Position numbers and translations under genes: made by a program. Below, piece by piece: positions 1 to 8,716 of a stretch of DNA of 64,000 nucleotides. The notes beneath the pieces were generated by a model. The model had not been told where the DNA came from. It searched no databases and saw only the letters and a program-made list of their open reading frames with translations. The stretch lies in the NCBI GenBank assembly GCA_963666205.1, contig OY762654.1, positions 1,472,001 to 1,536,000 of the forward strand. Direction: 5' to 3'. Source of the DNA: Synergistales bacterium. Lineage in GTDB: Bacteria > Synergistota > Synergistia > Synergistales > JAFGMB01. The stretch's first letter is position 1, and each line of letters begins with the position of its first letter.

Positions 1-1757
1 ATCTTACCTTCGCGATAGTAGCGGTTTTCCTTCTATACCCTGCTAAAATTACCATGAACAGGAACGCTATACCCTGGTATGACTGGATCCTGGCACTTTT
101 TGGAGGCATAGGAACAGCCTACATAGTTTTTTTCTTCAACGTGATCGCGGAGAGAGGAGCACAAGTTCAGCCTCATGAGATCTGGTTGGGAATAATGACC
201 ATTATCCTTGTCCTTGAAGCAGGAAGAAGGGTGGTTGGAAATGTCCTTCCCTGTCTGAGCACTCTATTTCTGCTTTACTGTTTTTTCGGAAGATATATGC
301 CGGAAATGTTCATGCACAGGGGATACTCCATTTCAAGAATAATCCAGCATATGTACCTTACCCAGGAAGGAATATTCGGAGTAGCTCTGGGGGTTTCAAG
401 TACTTTTGTCTTCATGTTCATCCTTTTCGGAGCCTTTCTCAGTAAAAGCGGAGGGGCAAGATTTTTCAATGAGCTTTCCCTTGCTGTTGCAGGCCATTCT
501 CCCGGGGGCCCGGCAAAGGTGGCCATAGTTGCATCAGGAATGCTGGGAACGATCAACGGCTCTTCTGTTGCCAACGTTGCAACCACAGGTGCATTTACCA
601 TACCGCTGATGAAAAAGGTGGGATATAAACCCGAGTTCGCCGGAGCCGTCGAAGCCTGCGCCTCTACAGGCGGACAGTTTATGCCGCCCATAATGGGAGC
701 CGGAGCTTTCATCATGAGCGAATTTCTGGGTATTTCATACCTGAGAATAGCAGCAGCGGCAATAATTCCTGCCATCCTTTACTATTCTGCCCTGTTTATT
801 GCCGTCCATATCCGGGCCAGGGACAAAAAACTGGAGGGACTTCCCCGGGAATCTCTACCAAGGATCAAGGAAGTCATGTCAAAAGATGGACACCTCCTTA
901 TTCCGCTGGCAGTAATCATTTTCATGCTGCTGAGAAAATATACTCCCCTCGCCGCCGCCTTCTGGGGGATCCTTTCCGTACTGGGGGTAGCCCAGATCAG
1001 GCAGCATACCAGGATGGGTTTCAGATCCGTATTTAAAGCCATGGAAGAAGGTGCACGAGGAGCCCTGGGAGTTGCACTGGCATGTGCCCTCGTGGGTTTT
1101 GTCGTTGGGACATCCTCTCTGACAGCCCTTGGACTTACAATTTCCAACAACATCATAGAAATAGCAGGGGGAAGACTCCTTCTTACCCTGGTAATGGCCA
1201 TGGTGGCATGCCTTGTGCTGGGAATGGGGCTTCCCACAACAGCCAACTACATTGTCACCAGCACCATGATAGCCCCTGCACTCATCAAGATGAGCGTTCT
1301 CCCCCTGGCAGCACATCTCTTTGTCTTTTATTTCGGGATAATGGCTGACCTTACACCCCCGGTATGTCTTGCCGCATTTACAGGTGCCGGAATAGCGGGT
1401 GGAAATCCGAGCCAGACCGGCTTTAACGCCACAAGGATAGCCATGGTAGCCTATCTGATACCCTATACATTTATCTACAGCCCCATGATACTCCTTGAAA
1501 ATCCAAGTATGGTACCCCTTATGATCCTTGTATTTTCAGCCTTTACAGGAGTTATAGGATTGGCGGCAGCTCTTCAGGGATGGATGTTCATACGATTGAA
1601 TTCCATGATCAGGCTTATCTTCCTCTGCTGTTCCATAGCAGCATTTCTTCCTGGAACTGCTTTCAAGATCGGGGGCACCATGTCAATGGGAATTCTCTTC
1701 ATTATTCTGAAAAAGTGGTCAAGCCGGGGAACCGAACTCGAATTACAGGAGGGATAG
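1..1757 (+). CDS. TRAP transporter fused permease (4TM/12TM, TAXI-type), 5'-truncated by the window
   Basis: Frame is open from position 3 (LTFAIVAVFLLYP...). Motifs GGPAKVA, GSSVANV, STGGQFMPPIMGA, GMGLPTTANY, LTPPV; many TM segments. Confidence 0.9.
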   Translation, partial: LTFAIVAVFLLYPAKITMNRNAIPWYDWILALFGGIGTAYIVFFFNVIAERGAQVQPHEIWLGIMTIILVLEAGRRVVGNVLPCLSTLFLLYCFFGRYMPEMFMHRGYSISRIIQHMYLTQEGIFGVALGVSSTFVFMFILFGAFLSKSGGARFFNELSLAVAGHSPGGPAKVAIVASGMLGTINGSSVANVATTGAFTIPLMKKVGYKPEFAGAVEACASTGGQFMPPIMGAGAFIMSEFLGISYLRIAAAAIIPAILYYSALFIAVHIRARDKKLEGLPRESLPRIKEVMSKDGHLLIPLAVIIFMLLRKYTPLAAAFWGILSVLGVAQIRQHTRMGFRSVFKAMEEGARGALGVALACALVGFVVGTSSLTALGLTISNNIIEIAGGRLLLTLVMAMVACLVLGMGLPTTANYIVTSTMIAPALIKMSVLPLAAHLFVFYFGIMADLTPPVCLAAFTGAGIAGGNPSQTGFNATRIAMVAYLIPYTFIYSPMILLENPSMVPLMILVFSAFTGVIGLAAALQGWMFIRLNSMIRLIFLCCSIAAFLPGTAFKIGGTMSMGILFIILKKWSSRGTELELQEG

Positions 1758-1776
1758 CTGTCTTGTCGGGAAAAGA

Positions 1777-2349
1777 TCACTCCATCATCTCAAAGAGTAC
1801 ATGAAAGCTTTGAACAGTTTCCTTTGCTCCTCTCCGGAATCTTGTAAAAAGAAAGTAGACCAGAAAGGGCGGCCATAGTACATGGATCATCTGAAAGACC
1901 TGAAGGGTCTGCCATCTTAAGGCCGGAACGCTGCTTGAGAGGGCAAAAAACCATACGATCAGGGAGATGCCGAATATAAAAAGAGGTTCCACTACAAGGA
2001 CAAGGATCGCCATTATTGTGACCATAACCCTTTTGAGCCCTGTCATATCAAGAACAGAGGACAGACTGGAACCAGCATCTTTTTTTTCGATACTCATCTG
2101 AAGACGGGACAGGCCGATCTTCATCACAAGGGCTCCGTCCCCTGTTCTGGTGACGGGAAATTTTTCAGACAGACGAAGGGAGATCTCCCTGAGCGCTTTT
2201 TCGGATCCTATCTGCAGATTATCAGTCCTCGCCGACAAAAGGCGGGGACTTTCCCTTATGGAGAGAAAAAGGAATATGGAAAATATCCAGGACAGGATCC
2301 CGCAGGATACCGCTGCAAGCCAGATGATCCACGAAAGGACCGGGGTCAT
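1777..2349 (-). CDS. Hypothetical membrane protein
   Basis: ATG at 2349 follows a GGAGGT SD; several hydrophobic helices. The longer ORF-track start overlaps the next gene's start. Confidence 0.6.
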   Translation of the reverse strand: MTPVLSWIIWLAAVSCGILSWIFSIFLFLSIRESPRLLSARTDNLQIGSEKALREISLRLSEKFPVTRTGDGALVMKIGLSRLQMSIEKKDAGSSLSSVLDMTGLKRVMVTIMAILVLVVEPLFIFGISLIVWFFALSSSVPALRWQTLQVFQMIHVLWPPFLVYFLFTRFRRGAKETVQSFHVLFEMME

Positions 2350-2461
2350 GATATACCTCCAGGAAATAAAGTTTCCAAGTGTTTCAATATTAATATAATT
2401 CAGTATAATAAAAAAGAGCAGATAAAGTCTTCTAGAGTGCAGAGAAGAAGGATGCGATAAT

Positions 2462-3580
2462 ATGAGACCGGTCAATCTTTTCTATATCACTGCAGGAAGC
2501 GGACACAGATCAGCAGCAGATGCGCTGAGGGAAGCCCTTGATGAAAGAGATATACCCAGCGTCCTTCTGGATATACTTTCCTTTTCCAACAAGCTTTTCA
2601 AATGGACCTACAGCGATGGTTATGAATTCGCCAGTGAACATGCCCAAATAGCCCTTAAAGGTCTTTATAAGCTGACCAACCAGGACAGGGACTCGAGCAA
2701 CCTCGTCCAGTTCCTTGAAGAATTCAACACCAGGAACGTGGAAGGCTTTCTTGAATATATAAGGGATAATCCCCTTGTATCTTCCATATGTACTCATTTT
2801 TTCCCCGCCTATGTTCTCTCTAAACTTAAAAACGAAGGAGCTTATAGTGGGAAGATCTATGTGAACATTACCGATTACGGGTTTCATAAAATGTGGTACA
2901 TGGAGGGAATAGACAGGTATTTTGTGGCCAGTGATAACGTAAAGCAGAAACTGTTGGAGATGGGCGCGGAAGAAAACCGAATTTCCCTTTCCGGTATACC
3001 CATTTCCCGAAGATTCAGCAACATTGAAGACCCTGAAAAGATCCTTGGGGAGAACAACCTGGACGGGCGAAAATTTACCCTGCTTTTCATTACCAGCTCC
3101 ATATCTGACAGCGTGGCACTCAGGATACTGGATAACCTTTATCTTTCGGATATGGAAATGAACATCCTGGTCGTTGCAGGTCGGAACAGAGATCTTTTTT
3201 CCAGCCTTGCCACCTATCATTCCCAGAACGGCATCACCTTTCGCAAGTATGAATTCATCGACAACATGGATGAACTAATGTCGATCTCCGACCTCCTGAT
3301 AACCAAACCGGGAGGACTTACGGTAAGTGAGGCACTAAGCAGCGGATTACCCCTTCTCATGTTCAGGCCTATCCCCTACCAGGAAACCAATAACGCATCA
3401 CACGTTGAAGAAATAGGTGCAGGAGTTCTTGCGGTCAATGAAGTGGAGATCATGGAAATAATCGAAAAACTTTACTTCAATCCCCACATGCTCGAAACAA
3501 TGAAGACAAACTGCCTGAAAAATGCCTGCCCCTTTGCCGCAGACACCATCATTGAAAGCATAATGGAAGACCTGGATTAA
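2462..3580 (+). CDS. MGDG synthase / UgtP-like diacylglycerol glycosyltransferase (GT28-like)
   Basis: AGSGH, THFFP, ITDY, ITKPGGLTVSEAL and QETNN motifs. Confidence 0.85.
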   Translation: MRPVNLFYITAGSGHRSAADALREALDERDIPSVLLDILSFSNKLFKWTYSDGYEFASEHAQIALKGLYKLTNQDRDSSNLVQFLEEFNTRNVEGFLEYIRDNPLVSSICTHFFPAYVLSKLKNEGAYSGKIYVNITDYGFHKMWYMEGIDRYFVASDNVKQKLLEMGAEENRISLSGIPISRRFSNIEDPEKILGENNLDGRKFTLLFITSSISDSVALRILDNLYLSDMEMNILVVAGRNRDLFSSLATYHSQNGITFRKYEFIDNMDELMSISDLLITKPGGLTVSEALSSGLPLLMFRPIPYQETNNASHVEEIGAGVLAVNEVEIMEIIEKLYFNPHMLETMKTNCLKNACPFAADTIIESIMEDLD

Positions 3581-3674
3581 TATCAGCTATTGATGGGTAT
3601 GAATTTTTTTCAGATCCAATGTCTTTCAACCTTTCTTTAAATACTATCCCGGAAGGCTTTTTTAAATCGTGCTA

Positions 3675-3721
3675 TTGACAAAAATTATCAGCTCGTATTA
3701 TACCTATAGGGTGTAGGGTAT
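3675..3721 (+). promoter_or_regulatory. Sigma70-type promoter overlapped by a CsoR/CstR-family-like operator
   Basis: TTGACA at 3675-3680; ATACC-TATAGGGTGTAG-GGTAT at 3700-3721 (ATACC...GGTAT inverted repeat with G-tract). Confidence 0.55.
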
Positions 3722-3778
3722 TTCATTCAATAAGTTATAAAGTTCACATGCAGTGTGACCATTAGAGGAGGAGAAGAA

Positions 3779-5467
3779 ATGAGCAAAAGAATTCTTATCG
3801 TTGGAGGAGTCGCCTGCGGAGGTAAAACCGCCGCGCGCCTTATGAGGATAGATCCCGAAGCTGAAGTGACCATGCTGGAGAAGGGGGAATATCTGAGTTA
3901 TGCAGGATGCGGCCTTCCATACTATGTGGGTGGAGTGGTCCATGAATACAAGGACCTCCTTTCCACAGCCATCGGAGTAGTGAGGGACGAGAACTATTTC
4001 CGAAAGGTCAAGAACGTTGAGGTAAAGACAAAACACATGGCCACAAAGATCGACCGGGAAAAGAAAGAGGTCACAGCCCTGGATCTTGCAAGCGGAGAAG
4101 AGAAGATCTTTCCCTACGACAAGCTGGTCCTTGCAACAGGTGCAAGTCCTGTAAAACCACCCATTCCAGGTTCAGACCTGAACAGGGTCTTCACCCTGTG
4201 GACCATGCCCGATGCACTGGGCATGAGAGCCGCCCTTGACAGCGGAAAAATAAAGAAAGCTGTGGTAGTTGGAGCAGGTCTAATAGGTATGGAAGTAGTG
4301 GAAGCCCTTCATGACAGGGGTGTGGAGGTCTCCGTTGTGGACTTCCTTCGCTCTCCTCTACCCGCCCTTGTGGATGAGGAATTTGGAAACAGGGTGAATT
4401 GTGTACTGAAGTGCAAGGGAATAAACTTCTACGGCGGCGAAAAAGTGGTTGAAATCCTTGGAGAGGAAGGTTACGTTACCGGAGTAAAGACAGATAAACG
4501 TGAGCTTGAGGCAGATATGATCCTTATGGCTATCGGTGTAAGGCCCAATACCATCCTCGCAAAGGAAGCCGGGCTCGAGATGGGTGATTTCGGTGCCATA
4601 GCTGTGGATTCCCACATGCGCACCAGCGATCCCGATATATACTCCGGAGGAGACTGTGCCATAGGACGACACATCGTTACCGGTAAGCCCTGCTGGCAGC
4701 CCATGGGCTCCACGGCCAACCGCCAGGGAAGGGTCATAGCCGACAATATCGCAGGCAAGGGGACATGCTTCAAAGGTGTCCAGAGTACGGCCATAATGAA
4801 ACTCTTCGAGTACACGGTAGGAAAGACAGGGCTTACGGAAGAGCAGGCCCGTGATAACGGTTTCGATGCCGTTTCCATGACTATCGTTGACCCCGACAAG
4901 CCTCACTTCATGCCCCAGGGCGGAGTGGTCATGATAAAACTGGTGGCGGACAGGTGGTCCAGAAAAGTGCTGGGAGCCCAGTCCTTCGGAACAGGCAAGA
5001 TAGACAAGCGTCTGGATGTCCTGGTAGCTGCTGTTAACGGCGGACTGACCATAGACGACCTGGCAGACCTGGATATAGCTTACGCTCCGCCCTTCACTAC
5101 TGCTCTCGATCCGGTAACCCATGCAGCCAATTCCCTGAAGAACAAGATGGACGGCCTGGTTAAGACCTATTCCGCCTCCGAGCTCAAAAAGAAGATGGAC
5201 GATGGAGATAACCCCGTTCTGGTGGACCTCAGGACCCAGCCGGAGATAGAATCACAGGGACAGCTTCCCTACGAACAGGTGGTCCATATCCCCCTGGGAC
5301 AGTTCTGGGAAAAGGCTCCGGAACTACCGAAAGACAGGGAGATAATAACCTATTGCAAGGTCTCCATAAGGGGATGGGACGCTTATACCATTCTCAACAG
5401 GCTCGGATTCAAAAAGATCGCTTTACTCGAAGGCGGAATTCTCGGCTGGCCTTTTGAAAAGAAATAG
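3779..5467 (+). CDS. CoA-disulfide/persulfide reductase with C-terminal rhodanese domain (CoADR-RHD)
   Basis: FAD-binding GGVACG, redox SYAGCG, NAD-binding GAGLIG, YAPPF, rhodanese YCKVSIRG; AGGAGG SD. Confidence 0.9.
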   Translation: MSKRILIVGGVACGGKTAARLMRIDPEAEVTMLEKGEYLSYAGCGLPYYVGGVVHEYKDLLSTAIGVVRDENYFRKVKNVEVKTKHMATKIDREKKEVTALDLASGEEKIFPYDKLVLATGASPVKPPIPGSDLNRVFTLWTMPDALGMRAALDSGKIKKAVVVGAGLIGMEVVEALHDRGVEVSVVDFLRSPLPALVDEEFGNRVNCVLKCKGINFYGGEKVVEILGEEGYVTGVKTDKRELEADMILMAIGVRPNTILAKEAGLEMGDFGAIAVDSHMRTSDPDIYSGGDCAIGRHIVTGKPCWQPMGSTANRQGRVIADNIAGKGTCFKGVQSTAIMKLFEYTVGKTGLTEEQARDNGFDAVSMTIVDPDKPHFMPQGGVVMIKLVADRWSRKVLGAQSFGTGKIDKRLDVLVAAVNGGLTIDDLADLDIAYAPPFTTALDPVTHAANSLKNKMDGLVKTYSASELKKKMDDGDNPVLVDLRTQPEIESQGQLPYEQVVHIPLGQFWEKAPELPKDREIITYCKVSIRGWDAYTILNRLGFKKIALLEGGILGWPFEKK

Positions 5468-5477
5468 TTAACTTATT

Positions 5478-5527
5478 GAAATAAAAAAGGGGCTCTTCCA
5501 GAGTTGGAAAAGCCCCTTTTTTATTTC
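5478..5527. terminator. Bidirectional intrinsic terminator
   Basis: GAAATAAAAAAGGGGCT...AGCCCCTTTTTTATTTC inverted repeat with A and T tracts. Confidence 0.8.
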
Positions 5528-5983
5528 GAGGAATTCTTTCTATACCAGATTAAAGGATGGTAAAATCATTACGAATTACCAGGAGCTGGATAAAAACTGA
5601 AATGTCTATCCTGCCCGGAGGATCCAGAAAACAGAAAATTCCGAAGGACCAAAAAAAATCTTTTTCCACCATTTGCTGTTGCAGCTTCGTATTTCTAAAA
5701 GGACAGGGCCAATACGTTGAGACAGAAGCCGGAACATGATTCACACTATATACCAGATAATGCCGGTATGGGTTACACATTAATGGCCAATCTTTTTCCA
5801 GGAGAAATCTTTGGGAAGATAGCCATGCTGGAGGGCGCTATACCGGGCTGCCCTTCGAAAAGAAATCCTTCCGATATACAGAGGGTTTCAAATGTTGCAT
5901 GCCATCTCTGCATATTGTATAATCCGGTCGATTGCAGTTAATATCTGATGAAACAATTTTTCTTGACTAGGAGGGAATTTCTT

Positions 5984-6151
5984 ATGGCAGCAAAGATCGA
6001 CAAAGATACATGCGTAGGTTGCGAAACCTGTGTTGGAACCTGTCCTGTAGAGGCTATTTCCATGGTTGATGGCAAAGCTGAGGTTAACGACAGCTGCGTC
6101 GAATGCGGCGCCTGTGTTTCCGTTTGCCCCGTAGAGGCTATTTCTGTATAG
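5984..6151 (+). CDS. 2x[4Fe-4S] ferredoxin (55 aa)
   Basis: Two CxxCxxCxxxCP motifs; AGGAGG SD before ATG 5984. Confidence 0.95.
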   Translation: MAAKIDKDTCVGCETCVGTCPVEAISMVDGKAEVNDSCVECGACVSVCPVEAISV

Positions 6152-6172
6152 CATAGGCTCTAAGCAAGTTAG

Positions 6173-6216
6173 ATATAAGAAAAGGACTGCCCCCAAAGGC
6201 AGTCCTTTTCTTATAT
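6173..6216 (+). terminator. Intrinsic terminator after ferredoxin
   Basis: AGAAAAGGACTGCC...GGCAGTCCTTTTCT stem-loop. Confidence 0.85.
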
Positions 6217-6234
6217 AGAGGTCAGAAAGAGATT

Positions 6235-6498
6235 AAAAAGGGAATCCCTAAAGGGGGGCGGGATTCCCTTGGATTCGAGGTCGGAAAAGGTTGAATTATC
6301 CTTTTTATGGAACCTGCCAGAAGATATTTTTAAAAGACTTTTGCGTGCCCGGAGGTGGGGGTATCTACTCCGGAAAAGTTTTATAAAAATAGCCCTGTAA
6401 AACAAGGTCCATTCTATTAGAGGGGGGGAACCACAGTAATAGAAAATAGCAACATTTTCTCGACACTCTAGCCTGAACAAGCAGGCAAAACGAATAAT
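6235..6498 (-). ncRNA. Candidate small RNA 2 (about 265 nt)
   Basis: Own promoter TTGACA-N17-TAAAAT (6533-6505) and terminator AAGGGAATCCC/GGGATTCCCTT+U tract (6270-6235); no SD-led ORF; shares motifs with RNA 1. Confidence 0.55.
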
Positions 6499-6603
6499 GT
6501 AGGGATTTTATACGTGGATGTGTATTTTGTCAAGTTTAGCTTTTGCATATTTATTAGTTTATTTTGATACTACCAGACTTATCGTTTTATACCGTGGAAC
6601 AGT

Positions 6604-6902
6604 AAAAAAGGCCCAGCCTATGAACTGGGCCTTTTCTGATAAGAAGTAGAGGTATGATCGCGATAATGGCGTTATCGGCAAAATTAACGGGTCAAGGAGA
6701 GAGGTTATTACCCTTTTTTTAACAAAGGTAAAGGGGGAATTTGCGTGCTCCAGGAGGCAGATCCGGATAACCTTCGGGGAAAAGGGCCGAATCCTTGGCG
6801 GTAATAACCTCTTGAAATAAACCTTGAAACCCAAATAACGTAAGGGGGAACCAAACGTTCAAAGAGTATGCTTCATATATTTTCAAAGCTCGTTCTTTGT
6901 TG
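6604..6902 (-). ncRNA. Candidate small RNA 1 (about 300 nt)
   Basis: Promoter TTGACA-N17-TAAAGT (6937-6909); terminator AGGCCCAG/CTGGGCCT+U6 (6634-6604); long internal stem AGAGGTTATTACC/GGTAATAACCTCT. Confidence 0.6.
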
Positions 6903-7227
6903 GCGTATACTTTATACTGCATATATAATTTTGTCAACCGTATTTTTGGCTTTTTTGTAAAGATAAAGTAAAATTAGGGTTTTAAAGAATAGTTAATGTA
7001 TGCTGAATAAACCCCTAAATTGAACACTCCGTTACGAAATTAACGCCTTTTAAAATGAAGATCTCCAGCCTTTGAAATGAAAGCAATAACCGGAAACTAC
7101 CTTTGACGGGTATACAACGAGAAATCGGGGATATTGTCAAAAACCTGAAACTTCAGGTACTTCACGGAGGGGAAGGCTTCGACAATATCCCCGGAGATAG
7201 GGGGTAAAGAACTCTTTTCTCCCTTCC

Positions 7228-7335
7228 CTATCGAAGACAGGGAAGATATGGGGGGGTATTGGGGAAAGAAAGTTCCCTTGCTCCTGTTTCTTTCTTTTTT
7301 CCTGCCTTCTGTTTTTCATCTTTGATCTGTGCCAT
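7228..7335 (-). CDS. Small hypothetical protein (35 aa, MAQIKDEKQKAGKKKETGARELSFPNTPPYLPCLR)
   Basis: GGGAGGT SD 8 nt before ATG; below the ORF-track cutoff; lies downstream of the attenuator. Confidence 0.45.
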   Translation of the reverse strand: MAQIKDEKQKAGKKKETGARELSFPNTPPYLPCLR

Positions 7336-7375
7336 TTCTATAGACCTCCCTGATATTTTTCGTTTATATCTGCTT

Positions 7376-7543
7376 TCAGTACTTCCACCATCGGGGAATG
7401 GAAATACTCTTTACCTCTTCCTTTCTTTGAAAGGGTCCAGGCTTGTTCTCGGGAAGAAAGGGCGAATATCTGAACCCCGAAAGAGGTGTATCCATCACCT
7501 GCTCCTCCGGTATGCTTCGCCAGAAAAGGCTTTCTTCATCCAT
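7376..7543 (-). CDS. Small hypothetical protein (55 aa, MDEESLFWRS...PRWWKY)
   Basis: AGGAGTGAGG SD; first ORF after the attenuator terminator. Confidence 0.5.
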   Translation of the reverse strand: MDEESLFWRSIPEEQVMDTPLSGFRYSPFLPENKPGPFQRKEEVKSISIPRWWKY

Positions 7544-7571
7544 ATCCCTCACTCCTTTCCTCAAAGACCAT

Positions 7572-7610
7572 AAAAAAAACCGGGCTCCCTTAAAGTTCGG
7601 GAACCCGGCC
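7572..7610 (-). terminator. Attenuator terminator hairpin
   Basis: CCGGGTTCCC-loop-GGGAGCCCGG followed by U8. Confidence 0.85.
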
Positions 7611-7633
7611 TGAGATCTACTGGTCAACGCCTG

Positions 7634-7720
7634 TCAGACGCCGACCACCTCAGGTGAGTCCCCGCCGCTAAACCAGTAATAAAAGTAATAGCTGTTACTG
7701 TAAGAACTATTCTTTTTCAC
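7634..7720 (-). CDS. Attenuator leader peptide MKKNSSYSNSYYFYYWFSGGDSPEVVGV
   Basis: GTG start with GAGGTG SD; run of 7 aromatic codons; upstream promoter; downstream antiterminator/terminator. Confidence 0.8.
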   Translation of the reverse strand: MKKNSSYSNSYYFYYWFSGGDSPEVVGV

Positions 7721-7775
7721 AGAGACACACCTCGCCTTCATCAATTCGTTTAAATTTTCAGAATTATTGCCGAAT

Positions 7776-7804
7776 ACTTTATACCCCTTATCCCCATTTG
7801 TCAA
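7776..7804 (-). promoter_or_regulatory. Sigma70-type promoter of the attenuated transcript
   Basis: TTGACA-N17-TAAAGT. Confidence 0.7.
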
Positions 7805-7975
7805 TACGCAACCTGAGAAAAAAAGAAAGAATATTTTCTCAGGTTGACAACCATACAATTCAAAAATTTCCCTGGGTGTTTTGAAATGGATTATACTAAA
7901 GAAAGTCAGGCAAAATTCCTGTAAAACAGATTATCAGCTAATTGTCCTGGGCATATGGACGGGGGGCATTAAACT

Positions 7976-8716
7976 TTGAAAAAACCAGAAGATTTCAGAA
8001 TCCTTCCAGCAGGAGAATCCTGCATCTTTGTAGATTTCGGATCCATGGTAAACCTTGAGATCAACGGCAGGGTCCAGGCATTAAAGAAAAAGGTTGAAAC
8101 AGAACAGCTTACCGGGATAAGGGAAGTTGTTCCAACCTACCGTTCACTGGCCATATATTTCGATCCTGTATTGCTGGACCTGGAAAGATTCATAAAAAGG
8201 CTCAAAGATATAATTCCCGGTACTGCATCCCTCCAGAATGAAACAGCAAGAACGGTGGTCATTCCCGTATGTTATGGCGGGGAATTCGGCCCGGACCTGG
8301 AAAGAGTGGCATCCCTCAAGGGACTGACCTGTGAGGAGGTTATTCGGAGGCACTCTTCAAGGGACTACTACTGCTACATGTTGGGATTTACCCCGGGTTT
8401 TCCATATCTTGGAGGAATGGATGAATCCATATCCGCACCGCGTCTGGAAAGCCCCAGGGAGGTAATACCAGCCGGCAGCGTCGGCATCGCAGGCACACAG
8501 ACCGGCATCTACCCCATAAGCAGCCCAGGGGGCTGGCAGCTTATCGGCCGGACACCCCTGACGCTCTTTGATCCACACAGAGAACCTCCCATACTCCTCG
8601 AATCGGGTATCTGGATCCGCTTTCGTCCTGTTTCAGAGGAAACATACCGAAAGATCTCGGAAAAGGCCGATTCCGGTAACGGGGATATGGAGCCACTGGA
8701 AAGAGGGCGATCCTGA
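7976..8716 (+). CDS. pxpB: 5-oxoprolinase subunit B (KipI-like)
   Basis: VVPTYRSL, IPVCYGGEFGPDL, GFTPGFPYLGG, SPGGWQLIGRT. Confidence 0.9.
   Translation: MKKPEDFRILPAGESCIFVDFGSMVNLEINGRVQALKKKVETEQLTGIREVVPTYRSLAIYFDPVLLDLERFIKRLKDIIPGTASLQNETARTVVIPVCYGGEFGPDLERVASLKGLTCEEVIRRHSSRDYYCYMLGFTPGFPYLGGMDESISAPRLESPREVIPAGSVGIAGTQTGIYPISSPGGWQLIGRTPLTLFDPHREPPILLESGIWIRFRPVSEETYRKISEKADSGNGDMEPLERGRS

Noticed and set aside
6640-6860. Lysine, T-box, c-di-GMP or c-di-AMP riboswitch, SRP RNA or RNase P in the structured intergenic region
   Set aside because: Diagnostic conserved motifs were not found by eye; only a short AGTAGAGG match.
6211-6937. ORFs 6211-6480, 6559-6834 and 6719-6937
   Set aside because: TTG starts without SD; they cross terminators or begin inside a -35 box. 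A non-coding RNA reading fits better.
7721-7858. 74-aa version of the leader ORF
   Set aside because: Its start lies upstream of the predicted promoter; the SD-led GTG at 7720 is the plausible start.
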